NCBI RefSeq assembly: GCF_009914755.1
Contig: NC_060932.1
Length of the DNA stretch: 64,000 bases
From: the human T2T-CHM13v2.0 reference genome, Homo sapiens
Direction: 5' to 3' (one strand)
Below the pieces are notes generated by a model, which was given only the letters and a program-made list of their open reading frames with translations, was not told where the DNA came from and made no database searches. Shown in pieces: positions 18,145-33,680 of the stretch (its first letter is position 1; each line of letters starts with the position of its first letter). The position numbers were made by a program, and so were the translations under genes.

Positions 18145-18448
18145 GTTTGTTGTTTTGGGGGTTTTTTTGAGACTGGGTCTCACTCTGTTATCCAGGTTGG
18201 AGTGCAGTGATGTATCATAGCTCACTGCAGCCTTGACCTCCCAGGCTCAAACAATCCTCCTGCCTCAGCCTCCCAATAGCTAGGACTATGGGCATGCACC
18301 GCCATATCTGGATAATTCTTACATTTTTTGTAGAGATGGGGTCCCTCTATTTCCCCGGGCTGGTCTCGAACTCCTGGCCCCAAGTGATCCTCCCACCTGT
18401 GCCTCTGTAATCCTGTTGGGATTATAAGCAAGAGCAACCATGCCCAAC
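18145..18448 (-). mobile_element. AluJ
   Basis: Highly diverged dimer. Confidence 0.88.
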
Positions 18449-18854
18449 CAAGCACAAGCACATTTGTTAAATGAACAAACTCTCCTAATAGGACTTGGGT
18501 ATATCAAACGTTGATGTGTATGGAACTTGAGCAAATCCATATAACTATATTAGTCTTCTGCTCCATTAAGAAGCACAGCTTTTAACAGATGAGAAACACA
18601 GAAGCCTAAAAGGATTGAAGGAATTGACCAGATGTGTATAGCAGCCAGTGGCTTATACCAGGTCGCTTCTCTCTCAGGACTATGCTTGATGCCAAAAACA
18701 CACTCTGTCTCCTTGGTCTCTGATTTTCTGTCTCTCCATCCCTATTTCCCTTTCCATCTCCTGCTTCATCTTTCTCCCTTGTAAGACAGAGGCAGAGACT
18801 ATACCATTTTGCATACCTTAACTATCTTTAAATTCCCAGAACTTAGGCAGCTTT

Positions 18855-19162
<308 letters not shown>

Positions 19163-20489
19163 TAAAAATACTTGTTAAGTAAATGAATGAGTCATTAACT
19201 AAAACATATATTTTGACCTCAAACACCATCATTCTTTCCTTTTGTGGACCTGAGACCACTTTCTGCGATATAAATGGTTTCTTTAAGCCATACTTTTGTG
19301 AAACAGCATGGAGAAGCTGCAGAAAAAAACCAACAAAAAAAAACTTACCTGATGTAATTTGATGACCTGCTCAAGTCTGTAGTTACTTATTTTTTAATCA
19401 CTGAGAAATTGTACCTGTGTTAGCTGATTTGCTTCCTCGTCTCATTGATTAGTATAGCTGAGTGTAATGTTCAGTACTCTGATCTTACATTAGCCTTCCA
19501 GAGAACCTCTGAAGCAATCAGGACCAATGCACAGATGGAGTGGGACTACATCGAATTCCACCTTTTCTGAAAGCCACTGACAGTCCCCCACACGTGGCTC
19601 TTTGTGTTCTGGGACATAAAGAAACAGATTTTTTTCCCCCTACAAATCACAAAGCTTCCATTTTGTAAAAATGCAGGTCATGTACGATAGCAGGTGCAGA
19701 ATTGCCAATGGAATTCCAGCTCTAAGGACCATATTGCAGCTCTTTCATGCTTATAAATGTGCTTCCTTGCTCTTTAGGGAGATTTCAAGAACAAATTTGG
19801 GAAATATTAAAAGGCCAGCACCTTGTGCTCATCTGTAATCGAGCTAATATGTGGGCTTTCTTTGGATGAGCTTCTTCTTGTTTTGGGAATGAGGTGGTTA
19901 AGGTACCTTTAATGATTCCTGCCAGGTTTTGTCTGAAAGAAAAGTATTTTTGCAGGCAGCATTAGACATCTGCTGTGAGCTAGCAATGCCAACATTAGCA
20001 GTAGGAATGAAGAAAGCCTCTCAATACTTCGAACAAACTCAAGTTTGTTGGGGAGAGACTTTTCAGAGACACTATCTTCCCACCCTACCTGCCTACAAAA
20101 GAAATCTGTGCCTGCAGGCTGCTCACACATGCACAAGTCAATGTCATCACAGGCCGTTTCCGTCTAACATGAAGAGCTTCCAAAGACAAGGAAGCTCAGC
20201 GTCTGCTCTTAGTGCCTGTTTTATGTTGCACCATAAGCAAGCAAGTAAATAAATGGAGGATAACCACCCCTCCCATTCTGAAAGTATAGCAGGAAGAGTA
20301 TAGCAGGAAGAGCACAGGGCAGACAAACCTAAGAACCTGCGTCACCCAGTGCTATTTGGGAAAGTGACGAAGGTGAAAAAAGGTGAGGTGAGGCACTCAC
20401 ATGGTCACAGTAAGACAGCCTGGGCTGTAATGCGTTCATTTGTCAATTCTTGCAGCCCTCATTATGTTCGCCTCATTTGGCTGTAGGAG

Positions 20490-21558
20490 TTTCGGGGGAC
20501 TTGCCCCGAAAATCACGTAGGTTCTTTTCTATTTTCCTAAGCGTCGGCTGGCTTGAGAAATAAAGGGACAGAGTACAAAAGACAGAAGTTTTAAAGCTGG
20601 GCATCTGGAGGAGACATCACATGTTGGTAGGATCTGTGATGCCTCACAAGCCATAAAAACCAGCAAGTTTTTATTAGGGAGTTTCAAAAGGGGAGGGAGT
20701 ATATGAATAGGTGTGGGTGACAGACATCAAGTACTTAACAGGGTAATAGAATATCACAAGGCAAGTGGAGACAGGGCGAGATCACAGGGCCACAGGACCG
20801 AGGCAAAATTAAAATTGCTAATGAAGTTTTGGGCACCACTGTCATTGATAACATCTTATCAGGAGACAGGGCTTTGAGATCAACCGGTCTGACCAAAATT
20901 TATTAGGCGGGAATCTCCTCTTCCTAATAAGCCTGGGAGCGCTATGGGAGACTGGAGTTTATTTCACCCCTGCAGTCTCAACCATAAGAGACAGGTACGC
21001 CCAGGGGGGCCAGTTCAGCGACCTACCCCTAGGTGCGCATTCTCTTTCTCAGGGATATATCATGCTGAGAAAAAGAATTCAGCAATATTTCTCCCATTCG
21101 CTTTTGAAAGAAGAGAAATATGGCTCTGTTCTGCCCGGCTCACCGGCAATCAGAGTTTAAGGTTATCTCTCTTGTTCCCTGAACAATTGCTGTTATACTG
21201 TTCTTTTTTCAGGGTGCCCACATTTCATATTGCTCAAACACACATGTTGTACAATTTGTGTAGTTAACGCAATTATTACAGGGTCCTGAGACGATATACA
21301 TCCTTCTCAACTGACAGGATTAAGAGATTAAATTAAAGACAGGCATAGGAAATCACAAGAGTATTGATTGCGGAAGTGATAAGTGTCCATGAAATTTTTA
21401 CAATTTATGTTTAGAGATTGCAGTAAAGCCAGGCATAAGAAATTACAAAAGTATTACTTTGGGGAACTAATAAATGTCCATAAAATCTTCACAATCCACA
21501 TTCTTCTGCCATGGCTTCAGCTGGTCCCTCCGTTTGGGGTCCCTGACTTCCCGCAACA
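20490..21558 (-). mobile_element. MER11 (HERV-K11/HML-8) solo LTR, MER11B/C-like
   Basis: Minus-strand start TGTTGCGGGAAGTCAGGGACCCCAAACGGAGGGACC; 1069 bp; 6-bp TSD TAGGAG typical of ERVK. Confidence 0.92.
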
Positions 21559-21782
21559 TAGGAGGGTTGGGGTCTCTGTTTTCTACAACTTTTCTAGGTA
21601 ATTCTGACTCTTAAGAAGATTTTCTAGGTCATGGTGATAACGGTCCATTTTTCTTCATAGTCCAGAAGGCTGCACCTTCTTTCTCTTGTCCACATCCCAA
21701 GAGGAGGCAGAAGTGCCATTGCCCAAGCTGGGGAAGAGGAAGCCACACCTGCACAGAACTTAATGGTTTAAAAGTGCTTCCC

Positions 21783-22083
21783 AGCCAGGCGCGGTGGCTC
21801 ACGCTCATAATCCTAACACTTTGGGAGGCCAAGGTGGATGGATCACTCGAGGCCAGGAGTTTGAGACCAGCCTGGTCAACATGGCAAAACCCTGTCTCTA
21901 CTAAAAATACAAAAACTAGCCGGGTGTGATGGCACACCCCTGTAATTCTGTCTACTCAGGAGGCTGAGGCAGAAGAATTGCTTGAACCTGGGAGGCAGAG
22001 TTTGCAGTGAGCTGAGATTGCACTACTGCACTCCAGCTTGGGTGACAGAGTGAGACTCTGTCTCAAAAAAAAAAACAAAAAAC
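21783..22083 (+). mobile_element. AluS (Sx/Sz-like)
   Basis: Full dimer; TSD aaagtgcttccc. Confidence 0.92.
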
Positions 22084-22649
22084 AAAGTGCTTCCCCACTT
22101 TCTGATTTTGCTCTCTTCATAACCATGTGAGAGACTCACTATGGGAAGTATCCTTTTTTTATGGATGAAGACACAGAAGAGCAGACGGCTGGATGACTCT
22201 GCTGGGGCCTCAGGGCTCATAAGTGGCAGAGGCAGAGGTGGCTTGAATCCAGGTGTCCCCACTCAGCAATTCTAGTAAGCATGTTCTCTAAAAGCAGTGT
22301 CTACTCACCAGGTTTCCTTTGCTTCTTTTTAGGGTGACATGTTGGCGGTTAGGACAATGGACAGGCCAGAGATTGTGGTCAAAAGATGTCTCCTGTTCTG
22401 TGCGTGCACTCCATAGCTTCCCAAGAGCCACCCCCTTCACCCAGAAGGTTCCCAGGCCTGCTGTCTGGTTTTGGAAACTGGTTATACCTCAGCTTCCAAG
22501 CAAATACTCTTCTCTTTTTATCTTGCCTATAGCATTACTACAGTGCCCACCTTCACTAATATCACTCCAAGTCTCTCAGATACAGGGTAGGTCTTTATTT
22601 CTTGACATAACATTTTACTTTCATTAAATTATTATGAGCTCATTGGCTT

Positions 22650-23300
<651 letters not shown>

Positions 23301-23420
23301 GAGCTCACTGGTTTTAAAGAAATCATACACAACTAAAACGTTCATCTTAGGGGTTGGCATCAGTTTCTTTTCCCACCCCTTTTCACCTCCAGTTTTCTTT
23401 CCTAGAAACAAGCCCTTTCA

Positions 23421-25137
23421 GATGTGAAGGACCTCTTCAAGGAGAACTACAAACCACTGCTCAACAAAATAAAAGAAGACACAGACAAATGGAAGAACAT
23501 TCCATGCTCATGCATAGGAAGAATCAATATCATGAAAATGGCCATACTGCCCAAGGTAATTTATAGATTCAATGCCATCCCCATCAAGCTACCAATGGCT
23601 TTCTTCACAGAATTGGAAAAAAACTACTTTAAAGTTCATATGGAACCAAAAAAGGGCCCACATTGCCAAGACAATCCTAAGCCTAAAGAACAAAGCTGGA
23701 AGCATCACACTACCTGACTTCAAACTATATACAAGGCTATAGTAACCAAAACAGCATGGTACTCGTACCAAAACAGAGATATAGACCAATGGAACAGAAC
23801 AGAGCCCTCAGAAATAATACCACGCATCTACAACCATCTGAACTTTGACAAACCTGACAAAAACAAGAAATGGGGAAAGGATTTCCTATTTAATAAATGG
23901 TGCTGGGAAAACTGGCTAGCCATATGGAGAAAGCTGAAACTGGATCCCTTCCTTATACCTTAGACAAAAATTAATTCAAGATGGATTAAAGACTTAAATA
24001 TTAGACCTAAAACCATAAAAACCCTAGAAGAAAACCTAGGCAATACCATTCAGGGCATAGGCATGGGCAAGGACTTCATGTCTAAAACACCAAAAGCAAT
24101 GGCAACAAAAGCCAAAATTGACAAATGGGATCTAATTAAACTAAAGACCTGCACAGTAAAAGAAACTACCATCAGAATGAACAGGCAAACTACAGAATGG
24201 GAGAAAATTTTTGCAATCTACTCATCTGACAAAGGGCTAATATCCAGAATCTACAAAGAACTCAAACAAATTTACAAGAAAAAAACAAACAACCTTATCA
24301 AAAAGTGAGTGAAGGATATGAACAGACACTTCTCAAAAGCAGACATTTATGCAGCCAAAAGACACACAAAAAAATGCTCATCATCACTGGTCATCAGAGA
24401 AAGGCAAATCAAAACCACAATGAGATACCATCTCACACCAGTTAGAATGGCGATCATTAAAAAGTCAGGAAACAACAGGTGCTGGAGAGGATGTGGAGAA
24501 ATAGGAACACTTTTACACTGTTGGTGGGACTGTAAACTAGTTCAACCATTATGGAAGACAGTGCGGTGCTTCCTCATGGATCTGGAACTAGAAATACCAT
24601 TTGACCCAACAATCCCATTACTGGATATATACCCAAAGGATTATAAATCATGCTGCTATAAAGACACATGCACACATATGTTTATTGTGGCACTATTCAC
24701 AATAGCAAAGATTTGGAACCAACCCAAATGTCCATCAATGATAGACTGGATTAAGAAAATGTGACACATATACACCATGGAATACTATGCAGCCATAAAA
24801 AAGGATGAGTTCATGTCCTTTGTAGGGACATGGATGAAGCTGGAAGCCATCATTCTCAGCAAACTATTGCAAGGACAGAAAACCAAACACCACGTTTTCA
24901 CTCATAGGTGGGAATTGAACAATGAGAACACATGAACACAGGAAGGGGAACATCACACATCGGGGAATGTTGTGGGGTGGGGGGAGGGGGGAGGGATAGC
25001 ATTAGGAGATATACCTAATGTAAATGACGAGTTAATGGGTGCAGCACACCAACATGGGACATGTATACATATGTAACAAACCTGCACATTGTGCACATGT
25101 ACCCTAGAACTTAAAGTACAATAATAAAAAAAAAAAA
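23421..25137 (+). mobile_element. 5'-truncated LINE-1 (L1PA4-like), ORF2 C-terminus plus 3'UTR
   Basis: Homologous to 8846-10560; own poly(A) tail; 17-bp TSD agaaacaag(c/g)cctttca. Confidence 0.96.
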
Positions 25138-25332
25138 AGAAACAAGGCCTTTCAACAATTTTAGGTAATTCTTCTAATATTTGTCTCCGTATTTTCTACA
25201 TAATATGCATGTTCTGCTATTTATGCATCAGTTTTAGATGGTGTTCACTGACTCTGTTAAGGGATGTAGGTTTTTAGCTCTTGTATCTCTACCTGTTTGC
25301 CTTTCCTTTGCTCCAATATGGCTATACCCCAA

Positions 25333-25654
25333 TTTTTTTTTTTTTTTTGAGATGGAGTCTCGTTCTGTCACCCAGGCTGGAGTACAGTTGCGCTATCTCG
25401 GCTTCCTGGGCGATCTCGGCTTCCTGCAAGCTCTGCCTCCCGGGTTCATGCTATTCTCTTGTCTCAGCCTCCTGAGTAGCTGGAACTGCAGGTCCTCACC
25501 ACCAGGCCCAGCTAATTTTCTGTATTTTTAATAGAGACAGGGTTTCACCGTGTTAGCCAGTGAGGTCTCGATCTCCTAACCTCATGATCTACCAACCTCA
25601 TGATGTGGCCTCCCAAAGTGCTGGGATTACAGGCGTGAGCCACTGTGCCTGGCC
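25333..25654 (-). mobile_element. AluY-like with two internal micro-duplications
   Basis: Dimer; duplicated atctcggcttcctg and aacctcatgat. Confidence 0.88.
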
Positions 25655-25927
25655 ATCCAACTTTTAAATATTAATTTATTTTAATTAATTTAAATTATTG
25701 ATGTTTTTACATTATATAAAATTTATTGCTGATCCAAATATTGTGATTCATTTTTGTATTAGTTATTTATTGCTGCAAAACTAATTACATCAAAACTTAG
25801 CAACTTAAAACAATAATTAACCTTTATTATCTCACACAGTCTGTGGGTCTTGAATTTGAGAATAGCTTAGTTGTGTAGTTCTGGTTTGGGAGTCTCTCAG
25901 GAGATTTCAGTCAAGATGTCAATCCCA

Positions 25928-26543
25928 CACCAAGAGGTGGAATCAACCTAAGTGTCTATCAGCAGATGAATGGCTAAAGAAGATGTGGCATATATACACA
26001 ATGACATATTAGCCATAAAAAATAATCTGGTAATTTGCAACAACATAGATGGAATTGGAGGACATTATGTCAAGTGAAATGAGCCAGGCACAGAAAGACA
26101 AATATCATGTGTTCTCACTAATATGTGGAAGCTATAAAAAAAAAATTGAACTAATGGAAACAGAGAATAGAATGATGGTTACCAGAGGCTGGGAAGGGTT
26201 GGTTACCAGAGGCTGGGAAGGGTAGTGGAGAGGAGGGCTAAACAGGGGATGATTGATGGGTACAAAAAATACAATCAGACAGAAAGAATAAGATCTAGTT
26301 TTCAGTAGCACAATAGGGCAACTATAGTTAAGAAAGATTTATTTTGTATTTCAAATTAATTAAAAGAGTGAGATTGGGATGTTCCTAGCACAAAGAAATG
26401 ATAAGTGCTTGAGGTGATGGATACCCTAATCACCCCAGTTTGATCATTACATGTCGTAGGCTTGTATCAATGTCACAAGTACCCTATAAATATGTATAAC
26501 TTGTGCATCTACAGCAATTAAAAATGAACTATTTTAAAAAGAA
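25928..26543 (+). mobile_element. L1MA-type 3' fragment
   Basis: 'aatcaacctaagtgtc...tggttaccagaggctgggaaggg...gaggtgatggataccc'; TSD aa(g/a)at(g/a)tcaatccca. Confidence 0.85.
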
Positions 26544-27343
26544 AAAATATCAATCCCAATAATTTATATCTCTCACACATGCAAAGTTCACTCACCTGCC
26601 TCCTAAGGTCCCCCAAAGTCTTACCCCATTACAGCATCAGCCAGAAGTCCAGTATGTCATTCTCTAAATTGGGTCCAGGGGAAAATAAAGCTTCTCAGGG
26701 GTGGTTCTTTAATAATACCTCTTCAAACACAGTTCCTCTTAATTGGAAGACCTGTGAATTAAAGAGAGAATTTGTCTGCAGCCACACACCCAACACACAT
26801 TGGTGAAACAGGAATATGAAAACTGCTAGAACCCTCCCAGTAAAAAGGAAGAAATGAGAAAACATACAGGAGACAGTGGGCCATAGCAATTCTTAAATCA
26901 AGCACGATGCAGTTGACAGTTTCTTAGTTAAGACTCAAGACCTGGGCAGGACTTTTAATGGCTCTTGGCTATGCCCACTGAACATTTGTTTCCACTTTCA
27001 GAATCATTCTTTCATTTCCATCAAAGGTAGCCCATGTATACAGCTGAGATGTTTTCTCAGCCTGCTTTCTGCCTGTAGAAGTTTGGGGACCCTAAGTCCT
27101 CTTTATAATTTGTTCTCTTTCTATTCCTTTTAGTTCAAGCTGGAGGTATTTTAGCCAACACAATTCTTATAAAATCGTTATATATCTCCCATGAATCTTG
27201 TTGGGGTTTATGCCATTAGACAAAAGCCATATCCAGGAATTTCTTTGATATAAACCTTCTCTACTTTGGGCTTTTGCTGAGATGAGGAAAGGACAATGCC
27301 CTTAGCCTTCTTAGAAGCCTTGTCTGACTAACAGTGGCTTGAG

Positions 27344-27671
<328 letters not shown>

Positions 27672-28909
27672 TTAGATATATTTGAAGTTCTAACAGTTGT
27701 TTTTGTTACAACCAGACCCTCAGCTTCATCTTTATATCATGTTTTCCTGACACTTCAGTGGATTTTATCTTTGTATAGATGCCATTTCTTAATTTTAGGA
27801 TCATTTGCCACCTAGAGATGCTGGGAATTTTCAAACTATCAAGTTCCATCTTTGTTTTGCTTAAGAGTCTTTCTGTGGCCTCTCTATGCTCACATTTTAT
27901 TTTTATCAGAAAAAGGAAACCATGTGGTACCATCCACATTCTGCCAGGAAACCTCCTCAGCTAGATTACCTACTTCATTAGGTAGTTTTTAATTTTTCCA
28001 TGTTAGGACAGGCAAAAGTATTGCTAAACTTTCTGCTGTTTTATAACAAGGATTCTCGTTTCTCCATTTTAAAATAACATTTCCCCTACTTTTTTTTTTT
28101 GTTCTCAAAGGCCATCAGGCTTCTACTAACAATATCTGTAATATTCTTTAGGCTTTCATTAACACTACCCTCAAAGTCCTTCCAGCTCTTAACCAATACT
28201 CAGTCTAGATTTACACCCACATTTTTAGTTTTTTGTCATGACTTGCTCAACTTCCAGGTACCGAAGCCTTCATACTCAAAATGAACTCCAAAACTTAGCA
28301 CCTTAAAACAATATTACACATTGTACATAGTTTCTGTGTGTCAGGAATTCAGGAGTGATGTAAGCTGGTGGTTCTGGTTTGGGGGTCTCTCATGAACTTA
28401 CTGTCAAGATGTTGACTGGGGACTGAAGTCACTTGAAGGCTTGACTGTGTAGAGTATCTTCCAAGGTGGCTCAGTCCAATGGTTGGCAAGGTATGCTGGT
28501 GTTGGCTGGGTCCTGGCCCTAAGGATGCTTGAGTGTTATTGTTAATTGTATCATGAGAGCTGGCTTCTTCCAGGGCAATTGATTTAAGAGAGCAAGCTGA
28601 AAGCCCCAATTTCTCTTTATAACCTAGCTTTAAAACTCACATGCCACCATTTCTGCAAAATCCTAGTTGTTACATGGTCAGCCCTACTGAATATGGGAGG
28701 AGATTATACAAGGATATGAAAACCAGGATGCAGGATCATCAGGGACTATCTCAGAAGCTGGCTGTTAGTATCTTTTCTCATTATTTTTTCCTATAATTAA
28801 TAATTACCTGATTTGTTTATCTGATTAGCTTTACATGTCTTAATCTTTATTTTTTCTCTAAGGCTTCATCATCTTTCAAATACCTGGGAATTATTTTTGC
28901 ACAGCTTGA

Positions 28910-29471
<562 letters not shown>

Positions 29472-30221
29472 TGAAGAACAGTATGTGGGAGAAGAAGTTT
29501 GTGAGTTCTGTGTTTGAAATGTCTTATTCCACCCTCACTTGTTCCTTGGCTGTCTTCGCACTCGTAACGGGTGCAGTTTGTCAAACTGTAGTCTCCTCTG
29601 TAAGGTATCAAGGAGCATATGGGTTTTATTTTTGTTTTTCCATTGGTAAACTCTCAATTTTCATTGTGCAGAGATCATTCCTCTGGAGCCGATTAGTTTC
29701 TCCAAAGAAGAATCTTTCATTCTCTTCCCTGGGGTGGGAGGGATGTGCCCGTGACTGCTGCCTTCCAGGAGCAGGGCCGAGGTGGAGGGCTGGGGGCCTC
29801 ACAGTTCAGCAGCAGGCAGGCCTTTTAACACCCTGAACTGCGGCATGAGGCCTCCTGTGTCTTCAGCTGCTCCCCTAATCTTCAGTTCAATTTCTCCAGA
29901 AAACAAAACAAATATTTCCCATTGCTTATGGGAGAGTGAGCTGAGGGGTGGTTACCTGACTCTTCAGAGTGGGCTGGATCCTGCTGGTTCAGCAGCTCAG
30001 CATGGAGCCTTCCAAAGGCCTCACCTGTTTATCATCACCCACCTCCATCTGAACTCCTTTACAATCTACCTTTCCAGTCAGAGCTAAATCAATCCCCCAC
30101 CTGCTTTCTGTATCCTCATCCCACCCCTTTATATAAATATCTTAGCTTCTGTTTTTTTCACTTTTCCAGGGTCATTCTCTTTGACCGTGGGTAAATACCT
30201 TTCAAAAAATTGATTTACTGT

Positions 30222-30520
30222 TTATTTATTTTGAAATAGGATCTCCTTCTGTCACCCAGGCTGGAGTGCAATGGTATGATCACAACTCACTGCAGCCTTG
30301 ACCTTTGGGGCTTAGGCGATCCTCCCACCTCAGCCTCCTGAGTAGCTGGGATTACAGGCGTGTGCAACTATGCCTAGCTGATGTTTTAAAAAAGAAATTT
30401 TGTCAAAACAGGGTCTTGCAGTACAGCCAAGCCTGGTCTCAAACCCCTGGGCTGAAGTGATCCTCCTGCCTCAGTTTCCCAAAGTGCTAGGATTACAGAC
30501 ATGAGCCACTGCGCCTGGCT
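30222..30520 (-). mobile_element. AluJ
   Basis: Diverged dimer. Confidence 0.88.
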
Positions 30521-31453
30521 GCTGTGTTTTAAATTGGCATTTTGGAACAAAAGAAAAGAAAAAAAACATGTGTGATCATTTCTTTATGCATCACTGTAAG
30601 TACAGGTAATGGTTTTCAATTTGTGAAACAACAACGTAACACAAAAACTCAAACCAAAGAAAGTCGACCTATAACCACTCCAGATAGGGAGCAAAAACCT
30701 ACTAATGTTGCCCAAGTGAGGCTGGCTCTTACAGCCCCTGTATTCTGCAAGATGGATTTTTATACCTTCCCTGAACAGGAAAGTTCCATCCCTTTTCCAG
30801 CACCCAGCCTGCTCTCAAGCATCTGTAGCTAGCGCTGCCGATACAGACCTCCCAACCAAAGAAAGCAGATGGCTTGCAGGCACTGATTAATTACCATTCT
30901 TCCTCCGCTTAGGTTTCCAGCTGTGGTTTACTTTCTCCTTCCTGGCACGGAGGCATGTCTTCTGGTTTCTTTGCTTCCCAGCAAAATGTCAGGAGCAGTC
31001 CTGTCTTTTACTAAGTCTCTTCCAGTCACCAGCTCCACATTGCTGGTGATCAGCATTGCTTTTTGGCTTATCTCAAAGCTACTATGTGGCAATAACTTTC
31101 ATCTGTGACGGAATAAAACAAATCCGCCCTCGTCTGTTTCCTTGACCTCCGATTGCATGATGGAGCAAACAGGAAGCAGAAAGTCAAATGAAAGGAAACC
31201 TCCATAGGTCAAATAAATCTTTCTGTCTGTCTTCTGGAGCTGGACCCATGACAGAAATCACCTCTGGGGTTTAGCTCCCTGTTCAGCCTGATTTTAAGTT
31301 ACAGGGCACATCCCAAACCAAAATGGGGTTATGAATAATGAAGCATTGGAGTCTGGCATATGGCTGGCCACATTTGTTAGCATGGAAGTGATCCATCTTG
31401 CCACATGATTTTGGGGATTTAGCAGGCTCTCCTAATCACCTGTTTTCTCTAAG

Positions 31454-32012
<559 letters not shown>

Positions 32013-32789
32013 TTATTAAAAAATAAAAACTCTGGATGATTAGGTGTAGGCCCGGGGCCTGGCTAAGTTGTTTTCTCTCATTAGTCAGGAGACCATATAA
32101 TACATCATCCACATTAGGACATATTTGAAAGGAAAAGAGGGAGCTATTAATAATCGTGTCAGGACAAGATGCATACATTGAGGCCGTGTGGACACACCAG
32201 TCACCGTACTCATTAGTCAAATGCGAGATTGAAGTAGAGAACTCTGAGGTCCCTTTCAGACTGATGATTGTGTAATTTATGACAACTGGGACAAGTCCAT
32301 GCAGGACAGAGTCTCATTCTAAATGCAAGCAAGACAGAGCTGTTGAGGCGTCATCTACACTCAGGAGGGCTGAGATGGGCAGCATCCACACCTCAGAGGC
32401 TGAGACCCGATGGCACGTGAGGCTTAGGGGCCAGGCAGATCAAGCTAATAGGAGGAAGTGACCCTTCTAGGGCAGAGGCCCCAGAAAGCATGGGTCAGGA
32501 GGGGCAGATTCGCAATCAGTGTTGATCAGAGGCAGCTGCTATTGCCATCAGAACCCCCAAGGTGTTATTTGAGGTCTACTGACTTTTACACATGCTTCTG
32601 GGTCATATTCAGTGTGATACTCTTAGACATTTACACACATTTCTGTATTATCTCCCATACGTGACACAAACAATCTGTACAGCCATCTCCTTGGTGCCTC
32701 TGCCATGTGGCACAATTAGGGAAAAGGGTATTTAGGGTAATCTAATGTTCTAGTTAATTATAAATTAGTATATAAATTATACCATAAAC

Positions 32790-33041
32790 GACTGGGTGCG
32801 GTGGCTCACACCTGTAATCCCAGCACTTTGGGAGGCCTAGGCGGGTGGATCACCTGAAGTCAGGAGTTCGAGACCAGCCTGACCAACATGGAGAAGCCCC
32901 ATCTCTATTAAAAATACAAACAATTAGCTGGGCGTGGTGGCGCATGCCTGTAATCCCAGCTACTCCGGAGGCTAAGGCAGGAGAATTGCTTGAACTCAGG
33001 AATAGGAGGTTGCAGTGAGCCGAGATCGCACCATTGCACTC
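32790..33041 (+). mobile_element. AluSp, 3'-truncated and tail-less
   Basis: 'cctgaccaacatggagaa' Sp diagnostic; ends at 'attgcactc'. Confidence 0.9.
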
Positions 33042-33459
33042 ACAAATCGTACCATACACAAATGACCAATTTTCTAAAAATCAAAGAGTAATAAAATACC
33101 CCAACCCCCACCAAAACTCTGATGGTTTTATCTGCCATGTTTTAGAAAGCACTGCAGTGTCACAATAAAGATCACTGCAGCTGGGAAAGGTCAGCTTAAT
33201 CTAATCTGTGGTATCGACAAGTTTCCATGAACACGGAAGAGTTAAGTTGGGTGTAGTTTGTTTTTTAGGATTTTTTTTCTACTGTATTTCTTATGTTGGG
33301 GCTTATCAAGTGTGAATTAGTGGAAATCTTTAGGGTGGGATATTGGGACAGACGGAGAGGGCATGAGCAGATGACTACTGTTTCAAAGCCAGTATTTTAT
33401 CATTTCTGAGAGGTGGGCTGAGCTGGCTTGTTTGTGCAGCTTTAGGCATCAGGGGAATG

Positions 33460-33680
33460 AGCAGAGATTTGAGGAGAGAGGCAAACAGAGACAGAGCAAG
33501 AGAAGACAAAGAGAAGGAAGGAAGACCGAGAGACAGAGGGGGGAAAGGAGTGAGGAAAAGAAAGGGGGGAAACAGAGGAGGAGGAGGGAAAAGAGAGACA
33601 GAGACAGAGAAAGCATGATAACATAAACAGAGAAGCAAACAGAAAGATGTGGACAGACACCGAGAAGGAGAGACATACAT
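33460..33680 (+). repeat. GA-rich low-complexity purine tract
   Basis: About 220 bp strongly G/A-biased. Confidence 0.85.

Noticed and set aside
23421-25137. Segmental or tandem duplication of the first L1's 3' end
   Set aside because: The copy has its own TSD and poly(A), and homology does not extend into flanking DNA.
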